The notes under the pieces were generated by a model that was not told where the DNA came from, ran no database searches, and saw nothing but the letters and a program-made list of their open reading frames with translations. A DNA stretch of 64,000 nt from IMG/VR virus record IMGVR_UViG_3300035208_002115; one strand, 5' to 3'. A program made the position numbers and the translations under genes. Shown here piece after piece: positions 33,709 through 42,909 of this stretch. Within the stretch, counting starts at the first letter, position 1. Every line of letters begins with the position of its first letter. Source of the stretch: a virus. Lineage: Duplodnaviria > Caudoviricetes.

Positions 33709-34516
33709 TGGAAGTAGCTGGAAAATATGGTTGTTATTTTATTATGTGTAGATGTTGTAATAAAGGAAGGTGGACTATTACATATCTTAATGACGGTGTA
33801 GCAACTCTTTTTTGTAATCATATTGGAGATTTTACGACTTATAGTATTGGTGATATATTTGATTTAGACGAAGTAACTAATATGAAGATAATTAGTGAAG
33901 CTATGTCACCACCTGAAAATACAAGCGAAATAAGAAAACAAAAATTAGAAAAAATATTCAAAAATAAATTATAAAAATGGCAACATTAAGAAGAATTTCT
34001 GATGGTAAAGGTGATTCTGGTGCAAGAGTAGAAGCTATTGCATGGGATGAAGACGGAAAAATTAAAGAAGTTGTATCAAATAGACCAACTGTTGGCTGTT
34101 CATTATTAGTTGGTAGTGTAACTGCTCGGTCATACAGTAAACAAGATTATTGGTTAACAACCGAGGTGACTGAAATTTTGGAAGAACGAATTGATGAAAA
34201 TAAAGTTTTGTATGTTAAATTCAAAACTGGAAATAGTATTTATGAATTTTGGGGTTAGGAAAACATGATTGAAATAAATATTAATATAAATGGTAGGCCA
34301 GTTTTACTTGATATAAGGAAATCTATACGTTGGGTACGATGTTTATTCACAAACACATGCCCGAAATGTAATGGGACTAATCATGTATTATGGCATGATA
34401 ATGGTTTAATAGGTGGAGCTACCTATGGTTATTGTAATAGGTGCTTTGGTGATGGTACTTTTTTCAGAAAAAAAAGAAAACCTACATTATTATTCAAAAA
34501 TAACCCTAAAATATAA
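33708..34516 (+). other. three small hypothetical CDS (33708 with RKQKLEKIF tail, 33977, 34265 with two CxxC)
   Basis: Packed ORFs. Confidence 0.6.
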
Positions 34517-34591
34517 TAAAATACTTTTTGTTGATTAAAAAATTAGTTATACTTTTGGTTCTCTCAAATAAAAAAAATAAATCTACATAAT

Positions 34592-35545
34592 ATGAAAAAA
34601 AATAATTTAGCCTCTACTGGTTTAAGCTTATCACAGGCACAGTCAATTTCCAATTTGTGTAACCAAGCTGCAAAAGAAATTGAAAGAACAATTGATGAAA
34701 TAAATAATTGTTCTAAAACGATAAAGGTTAATTCAAAAGACCACACACTATTAGAATCACATCCACTACCTGAAAATATTATTGAACTTATTGAAAAGAA
34801 AGGTAGACTTCATGCTTGTCAGGCTTTTCTTATGGAAAATATTCGTGCCAAAGATAGTCTTTTAAATGAAGCTAAGATGGAATTACCTGATATTTCAGGT
34901 ATTGAAAAACCAAAACAACCAGAATATAAAGTAGCCAATATTATACCAAATGTTACTGACGACTGGGGTTGGTCTCAACTTTCTGCAACGGAAGTTAATG
35001 AATATACTGAGGCCGAGGCTATGGCTTCTCATATTGGTTTGTTTATCCATAAAGGTTCTAAATTAGATTTACTTCGTAGAGAGTTGTCGGTTATACCTTC
35101 TATCGAATGGTTCAATGTTGAAGATGGTAAAAAAACACCTGTCGAGATAAAAAAACACCACAACGCAGAAAAGTTGTTAAAACTACATGAAGAACTGGCT
35201 GCAAAACACCGAGATTATGAAAAACGTGTTAACTATTATAAGGCTAAAGTTAAGAACTTAAATACACAGGAGAATGCAGGTATCGCAAAAGTTAATGCAG
35301 ATGCTCAAACAGAGGTTGAAAAATACAATTCGGAACTTTCAGCAGAATACACCAATTTTCAAAAAATATATAGTGAAAAGGTTAAAACTGTTAAATCTGA
35401 GTTTGAAATAAAACGTCAGAATAATATTAAAAATATCGTTTCACTTCGTATTCAGGTTGACCTGCGCTTTCAGAAAACCGTTGATGAATTTCTGAAGAAC
35501 CTTGGTAAAGAAGAAGAAAAAAACGAAGAAAAAAACGAAGAATAA
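34592..35545 (+). CDS. coiled-coil-rich hypothetical protein upstream of a structured RNA
   Basis: 317 aa, heptad-rich (E/K/A/L). Has its own TACTTTTG promoter element at 34550. Confidence 0.75.
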   Translation: MKKNNLASTGLSLSQAQSISNLCNQAAKEIERTIDEINNCSKTIKVNSKDHTLLESHPLPENIIELIEKKGRLHACQAFLMENIRAKDSLLNEAKMELPDISGIEKPKQPEYKVANIIPNVTDDWGWSQLSATEVNEYTEAEAMASHIGLFIHKGSKLDLLRRELSVIPSIEWFNVEDGKKTPVEIKKHHNAEKLLKLHEELAAKHRDYEKRVNYYKAKVKNLNTQENAGIAKVNADAQTEVEKYNSELSAEYTNFQKIYSEKVKTVKSEFEIKRQNNIKNIVSLRIQVDLRFQKTVDEFLKNLGKEEEKNEEKNEE

Positions 35546-35595
35546 GACATTGGGTGGTTAACAAAGGAAGTATAAACCTACTTTGTTAATCTTTG

Positions 35596-35897
35596 TGCTT
35601 AGTGAGGGGGTTCTAAAATATATATGCTTTAAAACAGCAATACATTTAAGAATGGTATCTTAAAACAGAAATTATCCGCTTCGGTGGATAAAAACCGCCC
35701 CTTCTGCAAATTAAAAATTAAGTTTTTTTGGATTTCTTTTACAAAAAAGACCAAGATGTAAAACAGATTGCACGTATACGTGAGAACTGGTTTACAAAAA
35801 AAGACTTAATCTTTGTCATTGCCTTTGAGTGGAAGGGGGTCTTTGATTTTGATATTGTATTTAGCATTAGCTATATACCTTCTTCACTAAGCAACCA
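35596..35897 (+). ncRNA. unclassified ~300-nt structured RNA
   Basis: 15-bp closing stem 35596-35610/35879-35893, a cUUCGg hairpin at 35672-35691, nested long-range stems, and a following T tract. Confidence 0.7.
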
Positions 35898-35930
35898 TTT
35901 TTTTTTAATAACTAAACAAACTATATATGC

Positions 35931-35967
35931 AAGAATCCAGAACATGATGTTTTGGATTCTTTTTTTT
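35931..35967 (+). terminator. intrinsic terminator
   Basis: aagaatccagaaca / tgttttggattctt stem followed by a T run. Confidence 0.8.
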
Positions 35968-36011
35968 AAACAAAACACGTTCTTTTAGATATAATTCTAA
36001 AAGGATTTGTT

Positions 36012-37100
36012 ATGTATTCAGACCATATTTTTACTATACTATATACAATGTGTGACATAGCTGATGTAGATTATTATTCAATAGATTTTCAGTCTGATGG
36101 GTGGTATTCTAAACATACATGGTCTAAAAATGAAGAATATGATTTTAAAGTGTGGTTTTATGAATACCTCAGAGATAATAAAGAGGCCAGAAAAGAAATA
36201 ATGAATTACCCGTCTACAAAATCAAAAAATATAGAAGAAGCGGTCAGTTTTTTTGTTAGTATGTATGGGTTTGTAACACGCAAAGATGACGAGAATAAAT
36301 AATTATCGTTTTATCATAAATTATTTCTATTTTTGTTTATATGATAACTTTTGAAGAAATATTATTATTAACCAGAAACCAAGAACTGGAATTTAATCCT
36401 GTTTACGATTTTATGGTAAGTAAAATTATTATTGATGGGTTTTCTGTATGTTTTACCAATATTATTAGTACTGGGGTTGTATCATCAACTAATTCAAATA
36501 TTCATAGATATAAAATAATATCTAATGATAAGAATATTTTGATTGATGTATCTAAACAAAGACAGTCGGATGTGTTGATGAGATTCTTTTTCCCTACTTC
36601 TGATATTTCTCAAAAGATGACTTATAATGTGGAGTTTACATCATTTTTGGCTAATAACGATATAGATTTAATATGTAGTGATTGGTTGTTGAGTCAATTA
36701 TGTTCTAAAAAATTTCTTAGAAAAAGAAAAATAGAAGAATTAAACATTTTTATGTAACAAGAATATCTGTTTAACTATTTTTTTATTATCTTAGTCAAAA
36801 CTTTCTAACAAAATCATGGAGTTATTCAATACCGTTCAAAGTGTTCACGATATTATATCGACCTATAAAAAACAATATGTGGTTATAACGTTATATAAGA
36901 GTGTGATAAATAATAGATGGGTGATACATTTTGAAGGTAAGTATGTTAATAATTCAATATATATTTATAAAGCTGTCGCAAAGGAACTTCTTAAAAATAA
37001 ATATTTTATTATATCAGTTCATTCTATTAATAATGATATAGAGTATAATTATAATCCAATAAAGTTGAGACGGGAAAAAATACGGGTTTTACAGTATTAA
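36012..37100 (+). other. three hypothetical CDS (36012; 36341 and 36816 with RxxKI tails)
   Basis: End RKRKIEELNIFM and RREKIRVLQY. Promoter motifs at 35968 and 36328. Confidence 0.6.
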
Positions 37101-37390
37101 ACATCGAGTTCGATGTTCCACTCCACGTTTAAAGGTTCATCTTCAACTATACCAAAATCTTTTCCAGCTAATATTTCTTCGGCTATTTTTTGACGAACTT
37201 CAGGTTTTATTTCATTTTCAGACATTCGACCTTCATGATTAAAACATTCTATTTCGAAACTATGTTCTAAATTCTCGTGATAATCTGCACTGGCTGTTAA
37301 ATCACCAGCCAGTACAGCATCTGAAATAATTTGTCTTTGTATATCATCCAACGAGTTATGAAATTCTTCAAATAATTTAACGTGTTTCAT
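37097..37390 (-). CDS. small acidic protein with leader (MKHVKLFEEF)
   Basis: Leader, highly acidic, repeat motif shared with 43990..44349. Confidence 0.7.
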   Translation of the reverse strand: MKHVKLFEEFHNSLDDIQRQIISDAVLAGDLTASADYHENLEHSFEIECFNHEGRMSENEIKPEVRQKIAEEILAGKDFGIVEDEPLNVEWNIELDV

Positions 37391-37406
37391 TCGTAATTTT
37401 ATATTT

Positions 37407-37832
37407 TTATTCTAAATAAAGTTTTCCATCATCACCTATTACAACTCTTAATTCTCTGAATTCGTGACATATTTTCGATATTTTATCACCGATTTCATAT
37501 CCAATTTCTTTTCTATCCCAGAAACCTGCACCGTGATGATTACGTGTTAACCAGAAATCATGGCCAATCATATCATTAGTAACATTGGTCAAATATTGCC
37601 CTGCTTTTTCCATAAATTGCTCTATTTCTTCTTTAGCTCTGACTCTTGTTTCATCGCTAAAATCGAATATTGTAAAAGCTTTAGCAGAATCATCTCCAAC
37701 TTCTTCAGCCATACGGTCTTCATCTGTCCATAATGCAGTTTCAAAATATGAATTTAATATTTCATCAACATCATGTTCTATTGGTGACGGTTCGGATTGT
37801 GAAAATTCTTCGAATAATTTAAGATGTATCAT
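37407..37832 (-). CDS. acidic protein with leader (MIHLKLFEEF) and GHDFWLTRNHHGAGFWDR motif
   Basis: Leader plus a conserved-looking motif recalled from uncharacterised phage proteins. Confidence 0.7.
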   Translation of the reverse strand: MIHLKLFEEFSQSEPSPIEHDVDEILNSYFETALWTDEDRMAEEVGDDSAKAFTIFDFSDETRVRAKEEIEQFMEKAGQYLTNVTNDMIGHDFWLTRNHHGAGFWDRKEIGYEIGDKISKICHEFRELRVVIGDDGKLYLE

Positions 37833-38140
37833 TATTTACCTTCTTTTTTTTGTTTCTTTAAAATAGCGTCTTGTAATGCCTTCGGTAATTTTTTCTGACC
37901 TGCGGTTAAACCTTCTTTTTTATCATCTTTATCGTCTTTGTCATTATCTTTTTTACCCTTTTCTGTTTTTTCACTCTTTTCCTTTTTATCCTTTTCATCG
38001 TCATCATCCTTTTCAGGTTTTAGACCTTGTTTCTTTAGAATAGCATCTCGTAAAGGTTTGGGTAATTTTTTCTGACCTGCGGTTAAACCTTTACCTTCTT
38101 TTTTTGACTCGTTAAATTCATTCCATTTTAATATACTCAT
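37832..38140 (-). CDS. charged protein with leader and two GLTAGQKKLPK..DAILKKQ repeats
   Basis: Direct repeat visible in the DNA (ttttctgacctgcggttaaacctt twice). Leader MSILKWNEFNES. Confidence 0.7.
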   Translation of the reverse strand: MSILKWNEFNESKKEGKGLTAGQKKLPKPLRDAILKKQGLKPEKDDDDEKDKKEKSEKTEKGKKDNDKDDKDDKKEGLTAGQKKLPKALQDAILKKQKKEGK

Positions 38141-38201
38141 TGTAGTGGGATTATTTTTTATATTTTTTATATTCTATATATTAGAAAATTATATTATATT
38201 T

Positions 38202-38906
38202 TTATTTTTTAAACAGTCCTTCATCTTCCAACTCTTTAAATATTTTCTTCATTTCTTGGTTCGTTTTATCAGTTTCTTCTTTCCATTTTTCTTCACCTAA
38301 ATCAAGCATTCGCTTTAATATTTTTTCATCGTATGGGTAAGAACTTCTGTTTAACATTTTTTCTATTTCAATATTATTTTTTCTCCATTCTATATGTTCA
38401 TCCCAAGTTAATTCTTTATCCGTTCTTTTTTCTGCCGAAGCAATTGCCCAACGATGATATTTTCTATGTAATGTCCAAGTATCGACAATATATTTAATCC
38501 ATTCATTTAAATCAGGGTAAGAACGAATTTTATCAGCTATTATTTCCAGATAATTTGGGTATAATTGAAAATTCTCTTTCTTATGTTCATCTTCTATATA
38601 TTGAAGTTCACCTCTTTCTTCCCATATTACTGAAAAATCCCATCTTGTACCATTTAAATCATCTGGTCTCTCATTATATACAATCCAAAATCCCAAGTGT
38701 TTGTCATATTCATTAACATCCAAATAATTTAAATAAAATTTTCCAGACGCACATGTTCCTATTTCAAGTGGTTCTTTCATATAAAAATGAAATTTCTCTG
38801 TACCACGACATTTCTTAACAATCGATACTATATATTTATAATTTGGGTTACTAAGCATCTGATTATTTTCATTAAGAAAATTTTGAAAATCTTTTAGTTT
38901 TGACAT
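38202..38906 (-). CDS. hypothetical with leader (MSKLKDFQNFLNE)
   Basis: Leader. TTTATATATAA motif upstream at 38927-38939. Confidence 0.65.
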   Translation of the reverse strand: MSKLKDFQNFLNENNQMLSNPNYKYIVSIVKKCRGTEKFHFYMKEPLEIGTCASGKFYLNYLDVNEYDKHLGFWIVYNERPDDLNGTRWDFSVIWEERGELQYIEDEHKKENFQLYPNYLEIIADKIRSYPDLNEWIKYIVDTWTLHRKYHRWAIASAEKRTDKELTWDEHIEWRKNNIEIEKMLNRSSYPYDEKILKRMLDLGEEKWKEETDKTNQEMKKIFKELEDEGLFKK

Positions 38907-38959
38907 ATTAAAAAGTTATATTTGTATTATATATAAAAATAAACATTTTTATTTTCAAA

Positions 38960-39577
38960 ATGAAAGAAATAAAAGAAACTTGCTACAAAGGTACACGAAT
39001 ATTAATCGGTAATGAAAAAAGATGTATCGTAAATAAAATGGCTGAATATCTTATTATTAATAATTATGAAGAAATTTCTATACCAATAATTCAAATGCAA
39101 AATATTTTTGAAAATAAAGTGGGGGTAGAAAATAGAAATTTAATGTTCACATTTACTGATAGAGGCAGCCGAGAAATATGTTTAGCACCTGAATATACTG
39201 CGATAATTCAAAAATTGTCTAAAACTACATATAAATTTCAAAAAGATGTTAAACTATTTTATATACAAGAGTGTTTCCGAGGTGAGAAACCACAACAGGG
39301 AAGATTCAGACAGTTCACCCAATTTGGAGTTGAGGTGATAAATCCATCTAAGAATTATATGGAAGAATTAATTAATATTGCATCTGATTTAATAAAATTC
39401 TTTAATATCAATTTTTTTGAAGTTAATAAAGATGTAACAAGGGGTTTGGATTATTATAAAGATGGTAAAGGATTTGAAATAACTTATGATAAATTAGGTA
39501 GTTCTAAACAAATTTGTGGTGGTGGTGAGTATGATGGTGGTATAGGATTCGCCATTGGTGTTGATAGACTGTTATAA
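38960..39577 (+). CDS. truncated histidyl-tRNA synthetase-like protein (catalytic core only)
   Basis: LAPEYTA, motif 2 FRGEKPQQGRFRQFTQFGVE, HisRS-specific RGLDYY, GGGEYDG and motif 3 GFAIGVDRL. Stops right after motif 3 (205 aa). Confidence 0.85.
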   Translation: MKEIKETCYKGTRILIGNEKRCIVNKMAEYLIINNYEEISIPIIQMQNIFENKVGVENRNLMFTFTDRGSREICLAPEYTAIIQKLSKTTYKFQKDVKLFYIQECFRGEKPQQGRFRQFTQFGVEVINPSKNYMEELINIASDLIKFFNINFFEVNKDVTRGLDYYKDGKGFEITYDKLGSSKQICGGGEYDGGIGFAIGVDRLL

Positions 39578-39634
39578 TTTTTTATTAAAAATATCTTACT
39601 TATTTAATATATAAACAAAAAATATTTTTATTGG

Positions 39635-41059
39635 ATGAAGTTTATCAAATTGTTCGAAGAATTTTCTTTAAATGAGTCTCTAACTGATATTGAATATCAT
39701 TTCACATTTGTACGTTCACTTTATAATATACTAACAACAAATCAAATAAATTTAACTCCTGTTTTTGGTAATAAATCAGACAACGAAATCAATAAAGAAA
39801 AGTTATTTGCTTTGTCATTAACGACTTCAAGAAGTAGTGAATTAGGTTACGGTGCATCTTTACCAAAAACTGAGTTGGTCAGATTAACTTTGGATGGTAG
39901 AGAGTTAAACTATGATTTTAAATCAATTCGTGTTGATTATTGGAAACACCCAAAAGACCCAAATGACCCATTGTATACACCACATCCTGATAAAAAAGAA
40001 TTTACCAGAGATTTTTATAGGAATGTGTCTCGACAAAATGAACTGGAAGACCGAATAATATCAGATAAAAATGTGATAAAACCAGCCAATAAATATATCA
40101 AAAAAGTTGAAATTCTTAATGTCGATAAAGAAAAAGCAGAGGTGTTATTATGGCTGGCTAATAAATTAAATATACCACTTTATATCTATGATGAACTAAA
40201 ATATTTCGATGCAGCTTATAAAGAAAAATCACTTGACATTAATCCAAAAGAAGGTAAACTCGAATACAGTGAGTCTAATGCATTCATGTATATAGACCAA
40301 GTATTAGCTATGTTAGTATATAAAGACCCAGAATTGAAAGAGAAAATATACAAAAAACTTGAAGATTTTGATATTGAGTTAAATAAACTTAAAGATAGTG
40401 TAGAAGTAATTACTCGTGAAAGATTTAAACCGTATATTTCTTATCCAAATGAGTTTTATGAAAAGGATAGAGCTTTGTCAGTTGAGAGTGATATTTTTAA
40501 CGCTAAACGTCATTCTAACGAATTATTTAGATATGTAATACATCAATTTGGTTTAGATATGAAAAAACATAATACTAATACAATTAAAGATTATATTCAT
40601 TATAAAGTTTGGAAAGGTAAGAAAACACAGCAAGAATACAATAAAGAATTCAATGCTAAAATTATAAAATTAATAGATAAAACATATAATAATTATTTAA
40701 ACGAATGGCCTACATCATACTATGATAAAGATGGTAATTATCATGAAAATATTTTTGAATATAAACCAGTTATGGATTTATTAAATTCTTATATAAATAA
40801 AATAAAAAAATATTGTTCTGATTATATATTGAAAAATAATGATAAATACCAATATAGTTATATTTTATCATCAAGAGAAATTAACGAAAATTTGAATTTA
40901 AAGGAAAAAGATTTCGAAAATGTTGTTGATGGGTTTGAAAAGGTTGATTCAAAGACCCTATTTCAAGTTATAGAATCGGTAATATGGGGAATAGACAATT
41001 TCTATTATAATGAAGTTAAACGACTTCAAGAAGAATTCGATAATCAATGGAATTCTTAA
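39635..41059 (+). CDS. leader-bearing protein with predicted ADP-ribosyltransferase-like N-terminal domain
   Basis: Leader MKFIKLFEEFSLNES. YHFT...SLTTSR...ELEDRI gives an H/S/E pattern. TAATATATA motif at about 39605. Confidence 0.5.
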   Translation: MKFIKLFEEFSLNESLTDIEYHFTFVRSLYNILTTNQINLTPVFGNKSDNEINKEKLFALSLTTSRSSELGYGASLPKTELVRLTLDGRELNYDFKSIRVDYWKHPKDPNDPLYTPHPDKKEFTRDFYRNVSRQNELEDRIISDKNVIKPANKYIKKVEILNVDKEKAEVLLWLANKLNIPLYIYDELKYFDAAYKEKSLDINPKEGKLEYSESNAFMYIDQVLAMLVYKDPELKEKIYKKLEDFDIELNKLKDSVEVITRERFKPYISYPNEFYEKDRALSVESDIFNAKRHSNELFRYVIHQFGLDMKKHNTNTIKDYIHYKVWKGKKTQQEYNKEFNAKIIKLIDKTYNNYLNEWPTSYYDKDGNYHENIFEYKPVMDLLNSYINKIKKYCSDYILKNNDKYQYSYILSSREINENLNLKEKDFENVVDGFEKVDSKTLFQVIESVIWGIDNFYYNEVKRLQEEFDNQWNS

Positions 41060-41202
41060 TTCTCTGTATAATTCGGTAAACAAACATATGTCTTTATACC
41101 AGCTTTCTGTGCAGCGTTTATGAGTTTCCAAATATGTTCAGCTTTTTGTTCAAGGGTCGAGTCTGTATTCTCCGTGATTTGATTAAATGATATTAGTTTC
41201 AT
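41056..41202 (-). CDS. 48-aa leader-bearing peptide not in the ORF track (MKLISFNQITENTDS...)
   Basis: Translated by hand from ATG 41202 to TAA 41056. Leader-like N-terminus. Confidence 0.55.
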   Translation of the reverse strand: MKLISFNQITENTDSTLEQKAEHIWKLINAAQKAGIKTYVCLPNYTEN

Positions 41203-41319
41203 ACTTTTTTATTTTTGATTTAATCAAATGTAGAATATTTATATGAGATAAAAAAATCCTATAATCTTATTATTTTTCCAATTAAATAATAAAATATTTA
41301 TTTATATTAAACAATTTTA

Positions 41320-42327
41320 TTATATTTTCTGAACTTCTTTCTTCCCGTACCACGCTTCTTCTATTTCAGGTAATAGATAATTCTTCCGACAGATAGCAGG
41401 GGTGTGGCCTATTTCTTCGGCAACCTTTCTTAACACGTCATTAAACATTCTTTTAATTTCACCATCGGTTTCTGGCTTTTTTAATTTTCTTAATTTCTCG
41501 GACATTAGCTTATTTACTTTGAACCCTCTCAAATCTTTACTGGTAATGTCAAAATTACTCAGATAATTATTTACTTGCACGTTCTTTATCGATAAACCAG
41601 ATGATGTGACAAATACTTCACCACTATTGTTCGTCATAAATTCCTTTAAATTTCTTGCTACTTTACTATCTGAGAAAGATACCGTATGGTTTACACCAGA
41701 CTTACCTATATATGATAACTTAATTTCATTACCATCTATTCTAATATGTTTTTTCATAAAATGTGCTACGCCAAAATGCCCATCTGAAGATGAAAATTCA
41801 TTACCGACTCTTTCACCAGTAATATCTATTATACGGACAATAGTAGCAACCATTTTTATTTTTTCATCTTCCGAATCCATGTCAATGCTAACCTTTCTTC
41901 TGAGTTTTTGAATATTATCCTGAAGATTTAAAACAGCAGAACGCTTTTTATCCCAACGTTTTTTTAAATCTGCTTCTGATATTTCTAATTTTTCTTTTAT
42001 ACTATATCTTTTCTTTGGCGGGTCAGGTCTTTCAAAATCATCTGGTGAATTCAATAATTCATCTTCAAAAACATCATATTCAAACCCATCACTAAATCTA
42101 ACTCTATATGTTCTTGGTTCTCCGTTCTCACCACGTTCTAATGGTGTATCACCACCACCTTCAGTTTCTATTTTAAGTACTAATACTTTTTGATGAGACC
42201 GATACCAAACTTCAGCATCGGCAGACGCTGGGCTTTCAAAACAATGATATTCAAACCAAAATTCTTTACCAACTTTATCGTCAATTAATGCAGCTTCAAA
42301 TAATTTAAATGATAATAAGTGTTTCAT
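41320..42327 (-). CDS. DNA topoisomerase IB catalytic domain fused to an N-terminal domain and leader
   Basis: GERVGN, GKSG, TSKDLRG and GHTPAICRKNY supply the R-K-R-H-Y catalytic set. Leader MKHLLSFKLFE. Confidence 0.88.
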   Translation of the reverse strand: MKHLLSFKLFEAALIDDKVGKEFWFEYHCFESPASADAEVWYRSHQKVLVLKIETEGGGDTPLERGENGEPRTYRVRFSDGFEYDVFEDELLNSPDDFERPDPPKKRYSIKEKLEISEADLKKRWDKKRSAVLNLQDNIQKLRRKVSIDMDSEDEKIKMVATIVRIIDITGERVGNEFSSSDGHFGVAHFMKKHIRIDGNEIKLSYIGKSGVNHTVSFSDSKVARNLKEFMTNNSGEVFVTSSGLSIKNVQVNNYLSNFDITSKDLRGFKVNKLMSEKLRKLKKPETDGEIKRMFNDVLRKVAEEIGHTPAICRKNYLLPEIEEAWYGKKEVQKI

Positions 42328-42863
42328 TAATTAAAATTTATTTGTAATTCCTTATTTACTTCATCCTCAGTTAACATTTTTGAAAATTTATCTGGTGTGA
42401 TATTATCATTATATATTAATTGTTCACATAAATACAATGAATGTCTATAATCAAGACTTTCCCATATCATTTTTTGGTTTCCTCGTGTTTCATCAATACC
42501 AAAATAATCTAATACATAAGTATATGTATCATCAATTAAATCAAATAACTCATAATCGTCTGGGTACATTTTTTCTATATTTAAATTTTTAAATGGAATT
42601 TCAATAATATACCAATCTTTTTTTTCACCATCCAAATAACGATAATTTGAAGCAACATATAAACTATCTGTTAAATAAATACCTTCTATGAAATGGTGAC
42701 TTTTTGATTTATTAATTAATAAACCATCTGTTTTAACACTTGGATTGTTTGTTAAATGATATAATTTTTCAGGGTCTTTGTAAAAATTAAAATTATCAGG
42801 AAATACGGAATTAATACCATTATTTAATCCTTCAAATAATTTAAATGTTAATAAGTGTTTCAT
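42327..42863 (-). CDS. leader-bearing protein, predicted ADP-ribosyltransferase / Tpt1-like fold
   Basis: LYHLT...GL...GIYLT....ASNY...IIEI...EQLIYNDNITP pattern. Leader MKHLLTFKLFE. Confidence 0.55.
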   Translation of the reverse strand: MKHLLTFKLFEGLNNGINSVFPDNFNFYKDPEKLYHLTNNPSVKTDGLLINKSKSHHFIEGIYLTDSLYVASNYRYLDGEKKDWYIIEIPFKNLNIEKMYPDDYELFDLIDDTYTYVLDYFGIDETRGNQKMIWESLDYRHSLYLCEQLIYNDNITPDKFSKMLTEDEVNKELQINFN

Positions 42864-42909
42864 TAATAAACTATGTCTTTATATTATATATAAAAAATAA
42901 AAATATAAA

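Noticed and set aside
35596-35897. tmRNA or tRNA identity for the structured RNA
   Set aside because: There is no T-arm GUUCRA motif, no GGGG 5' acceptor with G3:U70 and no cloverleaf. Only the terminal ACCA is tRNA-like.
35728-35988. 86-aa ORF in the track
   Set aside because: It has a TTG start inside paired stems and runs through the closing helix and terminator, so it is better explained as structured RNA. Not fully excluded.
37585-37866. Opposite-strand ORFs over real genes (e.g. 13943, 15450, 37585, 41606, 44698, 57675)
   Set aside because: They fully overlap better-supported genes and lack leaders, promoters or motifs.
38960-39577. HisZ (ATP-PRT regulatory subunit)
   Set aside because: It retains RGLDYY and motif 2/3 catalytic residues, is much shorter than HisZ, and has no his operon context.
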